A stretch of DNA of 63,866 nt, counting the filler, from Atractiella rhizophila (lineage: Eukaryota), in NCBI GenBank assembly GCA_021432655.1. It is 6 parts of 5 records of this genome, joined end to end, with 100 filler letters (N's around TTAATTAATTAA, not from the genome) between each part and the next. Parts side by side here need not be neighbours in the genome. Positions count along the whole stretch, not along the records: positions 1 to 28,724 come from MU271215.1; positions 28,825 to 47,013 come from MU271217.1; 4 more parts are not named here. One strand, written 5' to 3'. Under the pieces are notes generated by a model. It was given only the letters and a program-made list of their open reading frames with translations, did no database searches and was not told the DNA's origin. A program made the translations under genes and the position numbers. This document shows positions 27,760-41,199 of this stretch, one piece after another (position 1 is the first letter of the stretch; every line of letters begins with the position of its first letter).

Positions 27760-28716
27760 CTAGCCTTGTACATAATTGGTAGGGAACAGACCCTCTTTCC
27801 CTCCCTCAACTTGACCTTTCCACCAATCCGCCGTGACCTCCTCTGTGACCGTGATCTTGTCTCCCTCTTTAAAAACCAGGTCCTCGTCTGCGCCAGAATC
27901 ATAGTCATATAGAGCCGTGACAACCTTCTTCCCTGCGGCAGCAGAGGGTGTTGATGTGCCACGCCGAACGGGAGGCGGCGGCAGGGGAGTGTCAGACGGA
28001 GCAGTGGTAACGTAGGATTTTGGAGGGACTGGATCTTTTTTGAAAAGTGATCCGAATGCCTGAGAGGCGGACCTTTAGTGGGATGTCTGAGGAGAAGGAG
28101 AAGACAGGGAAACCCACCGCTCTGCCGCTCGTTGTTTCCAAAGATCCGATCGATTTTGTGGTCGTCAATCCAGAAGGAGTGAAGCGACTCTTTGCGACTG
28201 GTGGTGTTGGAGCAGCGGGAGTCGGCGCTGCCGGTGGTGATACCGCCGCGGAAGGTCTATTGTACGAAGAAGTTTGTGGGGGAAGAGAAGGAGAAGGCGT
28301 CTCAGCAGCTTGTGCAGGAGCTTTCGGTGGCAGGCTCCTAGCTCCATCCACGACCTTGTTGACGATGCTCGGGTTGCGGGCTGCGAATCCAAGTGCCTTG
28401 TTGGCCACCTCGGCTTTCTTTCCGGCGTGCGGGTCGTTGGGATTGTGGGAATGGATGGCTTTGGAAACGAGGGAGGGATTGGAGGAGGCGAGAGAGACGA
28501 AGGCGTTTGCGGCTGATTTTGTCGCTTCTGGGGAGGGTGCAGAAGGCGAAAAGAGATGTGGGCGGGAAGCAAAGTACTGTTTACATCGTTTAAATACATA
28601 CCATATTTATATTTTCGTGTGAGCATTTGAACAGATGCTTTGCGCTTGGGGGTGACTCAAAGACGAACCTCATCCAAAAGTGCAAACAACGCTTCCTTCT
28701 GCTCCGCTGAATCCAT
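27760..28716 (-). CDS. Proline-rich protein with C-terminal SH3 domain
   Basis: Starts MDSAEQKEALFALLDE and ends ALYDYDSGADEDLVFKEGDKITV..DWWKG..GLFPTNYVQG*. Confidence 0.85.
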
Positions 28717-28724
28717 AATTGCAA

Positions 28725-28824
28725 NNNNNNNNNNNNNNNNNNNNNNNNNNNNNNNNNNNNNNNNNNNNTTAATTAATTAANNNNNNNNNNNNNNNNNNNN
28801 NNNNNNNNNNNNNNNNNNNNNNNN
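28725..28824. other. Artificial contig spacer N44-TTAATTAATTAA-N44
   Basis: All-frame stop linker flanked by Ns; the same spacer design recurs five times. Confidence 0.97.
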
Positions 28825-29485
28825 AAGAGGGAGAAGCTGGTCGGTCAGCCTGGATCCTTGGGGGAAGGGGACGGCGTGGACTCGTCCGCACGTGTTTGGT
28901 AGGGGTGGGCGAGCCATTCTGTGCGAGTGCGAGGAGAGAGGACTTGGAGGGAGACTTGGAAGCCGAAGCCGAAGTGGAAGTGGAGGGTTTGGACTTTGGG
29001 TTAGATTTGGTGGGAGTCTGGGTGGGAGTGGAAGCGGCCGAGGTGGACGAACGCGTCTTCCTCCCCGTAGGCGTACCCGCCACGCTCACGCTTGCACCCC
29101 CATGCTCATTCAAGCTTGAAAGGCTCAGCGCTAACTTGATCTCCGTGACATGGGCTTTGAACTCTCTAGCCGTGAATCCGCTTGGTTTTTGGAAAGCGTC
29201 TACGTCTACATCTCTCTCCTCCGAGCTACCCACCCGAACAAAATGAAGCAAAATTAAAGAATTACCACTTGTTAGTTAGCCGAATTACGGTCAAGAGGGC
29301 AGAAAGATTTACCTGAGAAACAGGCTGATGGCGGCGAGGCCAGTTGGACTATTCACTGCCTTGACAGGTTGGAGGCGGGCCTTCTGCTTGATTTGGACGA
29401 AGAGATCCTGTGAACGCTTCCACTCGGCGTCCGTGACGAGGGCCCTGAGCTGAGTGAGCGTCTGGAAAGCCTTACGGGCATCCAT
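28825..29485 (-). CDS. ORC6-like protein, N-terminal part (truncated at spacer)
   Basis: Helical N-terminus (MDARKAFQ..GLAAISLFL..SGFTAREFKAHVTEIKLAL) followed by a tract rich in TP/SP CDK sites (TPTK, SPSK, SPRR). The resemblance to fungal Orc6 is by eye. Confidence 0.5.
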
Positions 29486-31057
29486 GCTGATGTTTATGAG
29501 TGAATTCGTTCAGTTCGAATGACGGCCGCGGCGAACTGTTGGAATATTAAAGATGGACGTGAATGATGGCAAGCTAGAAATGCTGCGTGCGCGGGGAGGG
29601 CATGGCATCGAACGGGGGATGGAGTTGCCGGTCAAAGCAAGCGAAAAAGCGAAGACAGTTTGTTGTGAGGAGACCCGAAGGTTGGAGGAAGAGATCTGCT
29701 CACCAGTTCGAACTTTGGAATTTGAAGGAGAATGCAAGGAACCCCGATTCAAGCTAACCCGCTCTCTTTGTTCTGACCCTCACTGATGCTGTTTCCCTGA
29801 TGTTGCCCTCGAGCATTCAAGGCGGAGGTGATTCTCCGAATTCCTTCTTGTTTCTAGCGGATTTCGGAGCTGATGGAAGATCGATATTGTGCTGCTGAAC
29901 ACGGAGCTGCTGCAGTTGAATGATAAGGCTCTGTGAACCTGAGCTGTCGTGACTTCAATATTTGAATGGCTTGCTATTCGTGGTTAGACGAATGCTGGGA
30001 GAGTTCGGACGAGACTCGTTTCGCAGGGCATGAATTACACGTGTGAGTTACCACAACCAAGGCCTCTTTCAATTTTACCTGCAATTTTGCCGATCTTCTT
30101 CTGCCCTTCGCTCCCGCTGGCCATCGACTTCCCTGCCTCCTTCTGCAGCCCAGAGCAGCCTAATCTCACCTAAGCATCCCTCGCACGGCAGCGGACGTCC
30201 TGGCTCTACCGTGATTGACTCTTAGAAATGGGCTGAAAAGTCGGAAGCAAATGCAGTCCCGTTATTTGGGGATTAAAATCCATAAACTTTCAACCTGCTT
30301 CTAAACCGATCGACGGTTACTCGAGCACGTCAGGGCAACCTTCCGGGTTGAAGAGCGAGCGAGTTCTTTCGTGAAAGACATTAAACTGATGGCCCCGACG
30401 AGCACTGGTCAATCCCTTGACGGAAAGCTCAGGGAAATTCAAAGATAAACGGTTGCATAAGCCCCCACCCTCCGCTTACCCACTTGGCGAGTTCAGCCGA
30501 GGTCGAAGGTCGGACGTCGACGATTTCGTGGGAAGAGGGGGCCGGTCGTCAACCGAGCTCCCTTGAGACGAGCAGTCACCCTATCACCACTTAAACAGGT
30601 CACCTTTACGTCGCTTAGAGAGGTCGTGGAGTGAACGTTCCATAACGTGGGATGCAGTTGAATCAGGTCATCCGTAGTGAGCCTTTTTACCTCCCTCCAT
30701 TATCGACCTTAGATCGAGCAGCCGTCGAGCTGCAGGCAACCCTTGCCTCTTCTAAAGAACGCGGGGAGCTCCTCTTCCCGGTTCCGCTCGAATTGACTTT
30801 TTTAAAATCTGTCGTCTGTAGACCTTCTCTCGAGCTGCACACTCTTTTGAAGAAAGAATCTTTATCCCTCTTATAATCATACTCCCATCTACTTTGCCTT
30901 CTACTTTCTAATCCCTCTAATCTTCGAGATTTCGACAGACGATCGACTGACGAAGTCGTCACGTAGTGTATATCGAAACATATTCGTCAACCTCTCTCCT
31001 CCACGAAACATCACGTAGAGGAGTTGCATGGTCTCCCACAGATAGAGACGATAATTC

Positions 31058-32526
31058 ATGCAACATCGGGATTCAGACGAAGAGGAGGCCCAGAAACAAC
31101 GGTTACAGCGTCAAAACCTGCAACACGTCTCACACGGCGAGATAGCAAACCTGAATCTCAGCCCACTTGCATCGATACCGCAGAGTCGACCTTTTACCCA
31201 AACGCAACACCCACCTAATCTTCAATTGCCCACCGAATCAACGCCTTTTCAATTTCAATACTCCTCCGAAACAATGACTTCAGTATATTCTTACCCCCAC
31301 CACTCTCAGAGTTCGAGCTACGAACAACATCTGACAGTGCATCCCCCTTCTCAGTCTTCTTCTGGATCTGGATCTCAGCCAGGATATCGGCGGAACTCAG
31401 TGCCTATTTCTCAGCATCGCTACGCTCCTTATCCTCATAACCTCCAACTCGAACGATCCAATTGGTATCCCTCCGCGCCATCTTCCTCGTCGCAGCCGTC
31501 GGCTTCGCGCCCTTCAATCTCAGCAGGACACACGCCTCAGCCTAGTTACTTCTCCGAAGCTCTGCACAGGTCCTTCTCGGCGGGCAGCGGTTCCCAAACA
31601 GGCGGAGGAGCTGGAGGAGGAGCATATCAACCCCCCATCCCACCTCCAATCGAACCAGCGACCGGTTCGCCTTCTCCAACCTCGAACTCGACCTCGCTGT
31701 CCCCTGCAAGCGTACACATCGGATCTTATCTAAATACCCCTGTCTCGGCCGGATTCCCAACCCCTACGCACACCCAGGCCCCTCACATACCCTCCCTTCC
31801 CCTCGTTTCTTCGACCCCGACGTCGTTTGGAAACGTCGGATCTCAGTATTCGACCACTGCAGGCTTCAATCCTATCTTGGCTGGCCCATCATCCACCACT
31901 CTACCCGTCCTTCCCCCACCACAGGCAGGATACGGCCAACATCTCTCCAGCTCGTATTCGGGCGATGATATGCAAGATTTGTTGGCCAAGGAAGAGAAAA
32001 GAAAACGGGTCCGTTTATGCTGACTGTCCCCTATGATTATGAATCTGATCATGTTCCTCAATAGAATAAAGAATCAAGCCAACGTTTTAGAGACCGGACG
32101 AAGGAGAGAGCTAGAGAGATGAAGGACAAATTGGACTTTTTGGAACAGCGGGTGAGGGAATTGGAGGAATATGAACGATATGTGAATTCGGATCCAATCA
32201 AGAGTTTGAGGGAGGAAGTCACCAGGTTGGGCGGAGAGAATGCGCATCTCAGGGAGAAGCTGATGGAATACGAGGCGGAGGTATGTGTGTTTCGCCTTCA
32301 TGAACAGTGACCGAAATCTGAGGTGAACGCTCGGTGGTAGGTCCGGCGACTGCGAGGAAACGAACCTCTTCCTCAGACATTCGAGCGGACACAGTTCGGA
32401 AGTCATTCGCCGATGGATCAAGACCCTCGACATTCCTCTCACCCGTCGCCGACGACTTTGGACAATAACGGGAGCAACAGCAAAACCCCTACACCGCCGA
32501 AGAATTCGACTTCGCAGACAAGATAA
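31058..32526 (+). CDS. bZIP transcription factor
   Basis: S/P/Q-rich N-terminus. Spliced basic region EEKRKR|NKESSQRFRDRTKER followed by the zipper MKDKLDFLEQRVRELE. Confidence 0.88.
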
Positions 32527-32829
32527 TTCTTCCTCCAAAGATTTCAGTAACTCTCAATCTTCGTTTCCCGACATGAAGGGATGCGATAAAATGTCCAAAT
32601 AAACAGCCTTGTTGGATCTCGTTTCTGCTCGTCAACTACTTCTTTTCTCGGACAATCTCTCGGAATCCATTTCTTCCTTTGCGTTCTTCGGTGCACGAAT
32701 TCTTTTACTCGATATTATCAGTGGATTAATCAAGAGTTGTTCATCAATACGTTGGCTTCCTTTGTTCCTCTTTCGGATTGGATGACTTCAAGCTTGGATG
32801 TGTATTTTATTGGAGATTACTGTCGTATT

Positions 32830-33000
32830 ATCACTTCGGTTGTGGTACAAAGAGCTCTGTCATCATTGTCCAGTCTTCTTTCCTTCCTTCTACCACATGA
32901 CAAGTAATCAATATGGACTATGTTAAACTCGACCAAATTTTTGTACCGGCAATATCTCCATCGCGGCCAAGGTAAAGTATGGAAACAGGATACTGTCACC
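32830..33000 (-). mobile_element. Possible hAT transposase relic (dimerisation-domain fragment)
   Basis: Minus-strand translation LFPYFTLAAMEILPVQ, then RRLDNDDRAL in another frame; interrupted by stops. Confidence 0.3.
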
Positions 33001-33176
33001 TAAGTATTATGCACCTAATTTATTTTCCTAACGTACTTAGTGCTGCATGAGTGGCGCAACCCTAGCCCTACTTGGAGTATCAGGACAGCTAGCCAGCAAG
33101 CAAAACGACATCGCAATCAGACCTCAGGAGTCAGTTCTAGCCAGTCAGAACAGAGAGCGTCGCAAGAAGATTAGAT

Positions 33177-33997
33177 ATGGATGCTAAGGAATTATCAAAA
33201 GAGTTGGAGCAGTACAAGTATCAGTTGGTTCAGGTGCGTTCTCTGTCGTCCTGCATTGGGTTCTCCCTCATTTGCTGGGTGGATAGGTCAATCAAGCCCT
33301 TTCCAAAGATCCCAACAATGAAGAACTCACGAATTTACAAAAAGAGTTGATGAACTTCGTCGATATTACATCCCAATACCTCTCCAGCCTCCCCGCCACT
33401 CAAACGACCGCGTCTACTTCTTCCACTTCCACTTCTGCGCTTAAACCCCGTCCATCGCGTCCTAAACCAGAACAGACTACCGTCACGTTCACCGCGGGTA
33501 TGGATTGTATGGCTCGCGATCCGAGCAGCGGCAAATTTCTTCCTGCAAAGATCACGACTGTCGGAGGCACGGCAGACGCCCCCAGTTACTCTGTAGTCTT
33601 CAAAAGCATCCCGACGGTTGGAGGAGCCGGTGGGAGCTCTTCTTCTTCTGGCCAGCAAACTGCATCTTTGCTGACTTCCAACGACGTCAAGCCTATGACG
33701 GAGTCGAAAAAGCGGGCACTGCAAGTCATGGAGGAAGAGGCGGAGAAGGAGAGGAAGAAGAAGAAGACTGAGAAGAAGCTTGAGGTTAGAGCTAACAAAG
33801 CTAAGGAGCAAGTCGCAAAGCAGTCCAATTGGCAGAACTTTACCAAGAAGGCAGCTAAGAAAGGAATCGAAATTCCTGGCATGACAGGAGAAAGCATTTT
33901 CAAGACGCCTGATAACCCGTACGGAAGAGTGGGAGTGGTTGGAAGTGGGAAACCGATGACGGAGTATAAAGGGAAGGAGAGACGGTCCAAGGAATAG
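33177..33997 (+). CDS. SPF30: Splicing factor SPF30/SMNDC1-like Tudor protein
   Basis: ELEQYKYQLVQVNQALSKDPNNEEL, Tudor-like core, KQSNWQNF, SIFKTPDNPYGRVGVVGSGKPMT. Confidence 0.9.
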
Positions 33998-34985
33998 TCC
34001 CGAGTATGTTCTTTCTTTCCTCCATTTACCACTAGCCTCAGCTGTGTTGGACAGCGCTTTACGCCACCAATATTGTCAAGAAATGTGAGAATGTGAAGAG
34101 TGAGGGTGGAGCACGCCGGTGACAGTTTTTCTTTCCTCTATCTTGCGATCTCGTTGAATTCAATCTTCTTCCTCGCGCTGCGCATGCACCAACCGTCCAG
34201 TTTGGCCACCTCGTGCGAGCAGAATGATCGCAATGGCAGGCACACACCTTCTTCTTCAGTCTGTAAAGTAGTAAGCCATCCCTCTCCAGAAATCGTTATA
34301 TATGAACTTCTGAAATTGATTTCATGTTTTCTATCACGAACGTTGGTCCGCGACCATTCAGATTGTGCCTGCGATACCGGACAACCCTTATAGTCTTCCA
34401 CTCCCTTTCTATTCCCAATTCCTTTCCCCAATCGCCTTCATGACCCAACATCAAGTTCCCAGCCCTTCCTCGTCGTCATGGGTAACTAGTAAGGACGGAT
34501 CATTTTCTGAAGGATCTAGCGGAGTGCAACTTGAAGGAAGTTAGTCATTTGAACAATTGTCATATTTTGCTCTCATCCGACTCTCTGCTCAATGAATTAG
34601 GAAAGAAGCCCCGGAAACCGGTAAAAAGTTTGCTTTTCAGGTAAGTGTTTCCATTCTGTTTCACACACTGGCATTTGAGCTGAGAAGGGAGAAGTGAGGA
34701 AGAACGATTATTAAAGCATCTGTTGCGCAATCCTACAAGTGTATCATATGTTTTACAACGTATTAGAATAAAAAACAAATAAATCGGAGACCTCTCAAGT
34801 TACTAATAAAGGTCTGCAGCAGCAGCTGGTAAATGTTTACAGCGGAAAGGTCGAGGCGGAAGCAGAAGTCGTGACGTACGTACCTACCGCAACCTCTGTC
34901 CGCCAAAATTGTCCCGACAACGACGAGACAGCTTTCCTTCAGCTGTAGATTTTGCCTCTAACCGCCTTCAAGATAGATTAGCATC

Positions 34986-35276
34986 ATGGCTACCTTGTCT
35001 CCCTCCAGAAACATTGCTCAGAAACGGATTTTGTTGCTGGAGAAGGATAAGAACATTCCCCCAAAGAACTTTGCAGCTTTTCTCGCCAAGACGGGGAAGG
35101 GATTGCAAGGAGGAGGGAAAGAGTCTGTGGGAGTCGAGAAGCGATCGAAGCTAAGTCACGAGTTGAAGAATTATTGGGCAGCACCGGGGGAGCTGGTGAC
35201 GAAGTGCGGGAAGAGAAACAGAAAGGACGTAGACGCAGAAGATGGAGAGAGGAGGGTGAAGGCGAGGGAGCAGTAA
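34986..35276 (+). CDS. Small basic hypothetical protein (96 aa)
   Basis: ATG in a good context (CATCATGG) and purine-rich, coding-like sequence; no recognisable motif. Confidence 0.35.
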   Translation: MATLSPSRNIAQKRILLLEKDKNIPPKNFAAFLAKTGKGLQGGGKESVGVEKRSKLSHELKNYWAAPGELVTKCGKRNRKDVDAEDGERRVKAREQ

Positions 35277-36278
35277 CGCTGCTCCAGTCATTGCACCCAA
35301 ATAACCACAAAACACGAAAATCCCAAAAAAAGCTTGAAAATTCGAAAAAAGTCAAAAACAATTTCTCTACGTCGTTACCATATTCCTTCAGTGTCACTTT
35401 GCTTTGTCTCTCGAGTATGCGTCACGGTTGCTCAAACTACGATACATAAGACTCCACATGATACCCGATTCTATCAGTCTCAATACCTCCAATCCGCGAA
35501 TTTCTTGGGAAGAATCAACTAGATGGGGATCTAGATACAGAAGACATTCTTGGGAGCCAATAGCTCAAAGTGGAACGTCGCAGGTGTTGTTGAATTCTAG
35601 GTGTGTAATTTTCTCTTGTACTGGGCTTCGAACCGTTAAATCGCGTGGGATAGCCTGTTCCAGTCGTCCCTAAACTTCAAACCGCTCACAAATACCCCAT
35701 GCACAAACCGCACTATTATCTGTTCCTTTCATACTTCAGGTGAGTCTACCCCCTTCTCTCGAACCTATGCACGAGCTTTAACCTTGATTTGTATCGCTCC
35801 TTTTAGTATGCCGCACTCTCAACATTCCTACTCTGATTATTTCAGCTATCTGTTTCTCACCAGTACGTCTTACTTCATATTTTAAGATTCAGAATCTCGC
35901 GATCACTGAGCACGGGTGATATTTAGTTATCACCTATCTGTCAATCGCCCACGTAACTTATCAAGACGCATGCTTCATATATCGTTATTCAGAGTCTTTT
36001 AGTTCTCTTGCTGTCAAGGTGACCATATCCCTCAATGACTGAAGATGTCATATATCACACTCAGTACGGATCTCACTCTGTCATCGCGAGGTCTTCGACT
36101 GGAGATTGAACGGCTTCACACCTTCGAACCAACTCGCGGATGATGATGGACAACAGCTCCATCTTGCTTTTACGGGCAACAACCGCGCTGTAAACGCTTC
36201 ATGCCTCTGTCCATCTTCTAGGCTTATCCTCGTCAAACCTGTACACTACCAAACCAACTCTGTATTTCATGTCTGTGT

Positions 36279-38812
36279 TTGATCCCATCCTTGGGTTGCT
36301 TCGTGATTACTCCAGCGCTCCAGGTTTCTCTTGCTGCACTCTTCACTTATATTTTAGTACAACTTTGCTCAGTTTGTGTTTACGTAAAGACTAGCGGGAT
36401 GTCTCACTCAGACACTGCCAGCGGAAATGATGGGAAGCAACTCCTTGGAGCAAAAGAAACGACGATGTCGTCCTCTCGATCCTCTAAAAAGGAAGTCACT
36501 CTACCAACTCGCAAGAATCAAAAGCCCACCGCAAAGCCGACAGATGCCTCCATGCCACCATCTTTGCAGGATGTCCAAGACTTCCTCCTCAAGTACATTT
36601 ATCACACTTCCCTCGTTGTCGAATCGAAGTATAAGCGAGAGATGTCGCTAATTAGGACGCAAGACAGAGCAAGGTTTAGGAGGATTGACCCAGCCGAAGG
36701 AATGAGACTGGAGAGCGATTGGATGGCTATGGAAATGGGATGGGAGGTGTGGAGGGAGGTTTGGGTTGGGTTAGTGATATTTTTTGCGTGACAACCGGCC
36801 CTAACCCTGACTGTTGTAGGTGGTTTCTTGCCCTTCTGACTGCTATGGTGGGAAAGAGAGGCGCTGTGGAACATGTTCTCAATATCGAGGATACGCTAGA
36901 GGTTGAGACGGAAATGGTGAAGAATCCGTTCAGTAAAAGTCCACTCCCAAGGTACATCACACCTTTTATAAGCTATCCTAACACCCAACTTGCGCTGACT
37001 CCTTGGTTGCAACAGGATGAAGTGCACGGCTCGAGTTCCCGCGATCGACGCGTACTACCTAAAGACGAGCTCTCTACGCGGCCGCTTCGTGAAACTCAGC
37101 TTTCGCCACTTTATTACCATTAAGATGCACACTGAAGCAGTGCGCGAAACCTCACCTCTAGAGTCTGGGTCCGATTCCGATTCTTGGGGACCTTCAGAAG
37201 GGACAATACGACGAGTATGGAAAGCGGACCAAATATTGTTCGAAGGGGGATGGAGAAAGAAGGAGGGGATGTTTTCCTGGTTGTAAGTCTTTCTTCATCA
37301 GTCCAAGTCAAGTGTCAGAAGAAGTTAAACTGAGCCTGGCCAAACAGTCAAATTAACGTTGTTGTTCCTGCGGTTACCTTCCTCATACTCGCTGCGCACG
37401 CGCTCAGCTCCTTTCTCGAACCAACGACAGTCCCTCCTCTTTCATTTAAGGACATCCTCATTTGTACCTTTGGTCCTCAGGCAGCAGTGCGAATTAATCG
37501 CGTGGTGGAACCGGTTCATCCTTACTTCTTGCGCGCCATGAACTTACTTTCCTCCGCTTGGAGGTCCCAAAAGAATTATCGCAAGCGCTCTGCGATAGCG
37601 AAGTGGAACGCAAAGAAATTAGAGGAGGCGCGTTTTCGAGAGCTTCTGGAAAAGGAACGGCTGGGAAACGAGGATGCAATTGAGGCTCCAGGGCAGGAGA
37701 TTGACTGGGCAGAATTCGAAGACTCAAGAAGCTGGATGCCGAGCGACGTCACTACGCCTACCGCGAGCAACACTCCTGCGTTGCAATCTGGTGGGAGGTG
37801 TACGCCGCTGGAGAGAGCGACCAAGATGCCGACGAGAAGAGTAATGTTCGAAGGCCAGAAGGACGTTTTACCGCTCAGATTGGTACAATCGTCGAGAAGG
37901 AGCCAGCTGTTCCTACGCAGGAGATATTCGGTCCCTGTAAATGACGGGATGGCAGCTAACACGGAAGCTGCCACCTCCATGGTTAGAAGGCGTCCATCAG
38001 ACGCGTCACAACTCTTGGCTTCAGGTCAAACCTCAGCAGATGAGTCTGCGATGAGAGAAGCCTTTTTCAATTCTGAAGTCCCCCTACCACCCTCAGAGAC
38101 GATGTGGATGAGCGACAGCACTCAATCGTCGGCAGTCGGGACTAGAGATGTACCGCACGTAGGGGCAGGATCTCCTTCGCAGGCGTCAGCTGGACCATCC
38201 CCTGTATCGTCCTTCGTGGCGGAGTTCAGATTCGATAGAGACTCCCCAAGCGACCTCTACGACAGTCCATCCGCCACCTCTCCCGCCACCTCGATGAAAC
38301 TTCAATCCCCGACCATGGAACAAGACTCTCTAGCTGACGACACCGTTTGCTACTCGAATGGAAATCAGGAGACCCCCAAAGCGAGAAGAGTGATGCAAGA
38401 GGAGGTAGGATTAGGCTTCAAAGGACTTGGAGATACTACCGAAGAATCTTCGCAGGACTCCAGTGGGGATCTGCAAATGAAGATCGAGACGAAACTTCAC
38501 AATCTGTTCGAAAGGCTAGCCCAAGAAGGGCAAGACGCGACATGGCATTCTAGCGAGGAAAAAGTAGCCCCAGGGAATGAAATGCACCTTTCCCGTCAAG
38601 TTTCTAATCACTGCATGCAGGACCGAGGAGAAGACTCAAAGCATCGTGGTATTCAAATGATCGCTGAACCTAGTCCGTCCTCTACCGTCGTGAGGTTGGG
38701 CTCCGCCTCTACGAGCACTTCTCTTTCGGGGGAGCAAGCTCGCAATAGCTCAAGACCGAGAAAGGCGAAAAACAAAAGAAAAGGCAAGAAACCGGCGGTG
38801 CAGCAAGTTTAG
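36279..38812 (+). CDS. Multi-exon hypothetical protein with hydrophobic segments and a long disordered C-terminus (start uncertain; exons may begin near 35699)
   Basis: Chain of ORFs separated by GT-AG introns, ending in a 441-codon ORF with a basic NLS-like tail. Confidence 0.6.
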
Positions 38813-39347
38813 ACCCTTTTCTTCTTCTCCTATTGTTGGCGTTGGCACACTGCTTTTGAGTGATCTGGCTGTAGAGTGTTCTCTGATTGCCTTTCTCTGT
38901 TGGTATTTCTCCTTAAAATTTCACAAAGAATCTCTCTCAATAAAAAAACCTTTCACAGCAATGTTCATGTTTAGCATTTACCAGATTTTATCACAGAGCC
39001 TGCCTTGCAGATATAGCAACGTACATGAAAAATAGGCAGGCTATCTCTCCAGACACATGCGACATCTTTTCGCCTCGTTCTTCCCCATGTACATATCGAT
39101 TTCTCCTGACAGATCGTTGTCAACCATGCAATAGCCAAGATCCATAGCCTGCACACACTTTCTTGTAATGACCAATACTAAGCGATGGAGCGGAAGGACG
39201 AGCAACCCGTCTAGGAAAATGTTGAGCAGTAAGATAACGCAACATCTCCGAGCGAGCACAGGAGTCGACGTATTATGTTGGAGTTTGAGGGTCGAAATGG
39301 TGACAGAGATCTGTAGGTTTCGATCCGGGTATCGGAGTGGTCCATAT

Positions 39348-40691
39348 TCAGGCATTGACGATCCTGCCTCCCGGACCCCTCTCGACACCTCCCCTCTTGC
39401 CTGGTATCGAAGGGTTAGGACAGTTGTTGGCGAAATGACCCTTCTGGCCGCACTAGACACACAAAATTTCAATCAGCACTTGCATTACCCTCCAATGAAG
39501 TGAAGAGGTTCGAATCGCACCTTGAAACAAGTAACGTCGTCTGTATTCCTCAACCTCCTCTTTGGCTGTCCATCTCCTCCTCCTCCTCCTCCTCCACCCC
39601 CTCCGAACCCTTCGTTGCCTGAATGTCCGAGGCCGCGATTCGTACCGTCATACCCTTGAGGAGCTGACAGACCAAACATTCCGGCGCGGAACGGCGGTGG
39701 AGGCTCGAGATTCGCTTTTGGATGGCCCATGGGGCAGTTAGGACCTTGTGGACAGAATCCGGTGAGATATCCTGGGCAAAGTGGGCGGCGAACGTGTTTG
39801 AGTGGACACGTTGGACCTGTTCGTGAATAAAGGAAAAAACCATTAGTCGATTGCTAAAGTAACTGAAAGTGGAAGGCAACGTACCATCTGAGCAGAACCC
39901 AAGGCGGTATTTTGGACACTCGCTCCTCCTCATCTGCTCATCGACATGCAAATACATGCACTCGTCGCCGTTGCTACAGTATCCATATTTGGCGAAGAAC
40001 CAGCACTCCGGCATCTTCCTCAAATTGTATTCGTGCAAGAACTCGCAGGTGGCTCCCTTTTTGCACAAACCGCGCAGCCAGTGCTTACATACTGTGCGAG
40101 CGTGGGCAGAAGGGTTAACAGGAGGCGGAGGGGTGAAGTTGAGGGGTGAGGGAGCGAGGATGTGGCGTTTGGGACAGGCGGAACCGCGAGGACATTGGCC
40201 AGACGAGAGGTAGTCAGAGCAGATCTGTTCGTCTGTATACTATACGTCAGTTATAACTGGTACCAAACTTCAAACGTGGACAGAGTTGTTGGGTTAAACT
40301 GCTTAGGTGTAGAACAATCATACATATCGATTGCTGTGGTTGACCTTGTACAAATTGACAAGCAAATGGATCGAGCATATGGTAGAGCTCATTCCGGCTC
40401 TCCAATACCTAAGTCTTGAATCTGGCAACATTGTTACTGCTTCTACGGACTTTTGTAGTCGTACGCCTCAGCACTGATGATACGATACGTTGTCGTTGCA
40501 CGATGTAAGTGTAACAAGACGTCGAGACATGACCAATTAAAAGAGAGCCCATTGCTACTAGAAGAAATACACGCACCAGCATCAAATTTAATGCCAATGT
40601 CGAATTTAAGCAGATTCTCGATCTCGAGTGGGAGGTGGCGAAAGTCTGGCTCGATGTAATGGGAGGCGTCGAGGGGAACGTTGCTACCCAT
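39348..40691 (-). CDS. YTH1: mRNA 3'-processing factor CPSF30/Yth1
   Basis: Five CCCH fingers (VCKHWLRGLCKKG..CEFLHEYNLRKMPEC) and a C-terminal zinc knuckle CFKCGQKGHFANNC. Intron 1 is 40233-40576. Confidence 0.96.
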
Positions 40692-41199
40692 AATAGTAAT
40701 CTCGCCTGTACCTTAGGACACTTCTTCTGTGGCTACGCGACTACTTTGGACTGAGCAGCAAGGGAAAGACTGAGGAAGGATTGGCGAGTTAGAGTGGGTA
40801 ATCCTCTCCCTCTAGTTTAGCGGAAATTGGTGTATAGTCAGGGCGGTTGGGAATGCAATTAATACCCTTATGCAAGTATGCAAGAAAGGGATTCGTTTGG
40901 ACGAGATTAGTTTGGATGGAGAGCTTGGTCACTAGAAAGGAATTGGTGCGGTCCAGTGCGGTTGCGATCCCGTGAATTCGAAATGGTGGTCGATTTGGGT
41001 GAGTCTTTCAACCTCCCCAGCAAAAGAATGAGGGAATACCCTATTCCAAGAATTATTCCCATTTTGCAACTGCTAATCTAACACCATTCAATTTTATGCT
41101 GTTCACTTCAGGCATTCCAAGGGCACCTATATAACCTATTCGGCACAGGAGAATAAATTTCCTCTGGATTCCTTTGACGGGACATGGTTGACATTCACA

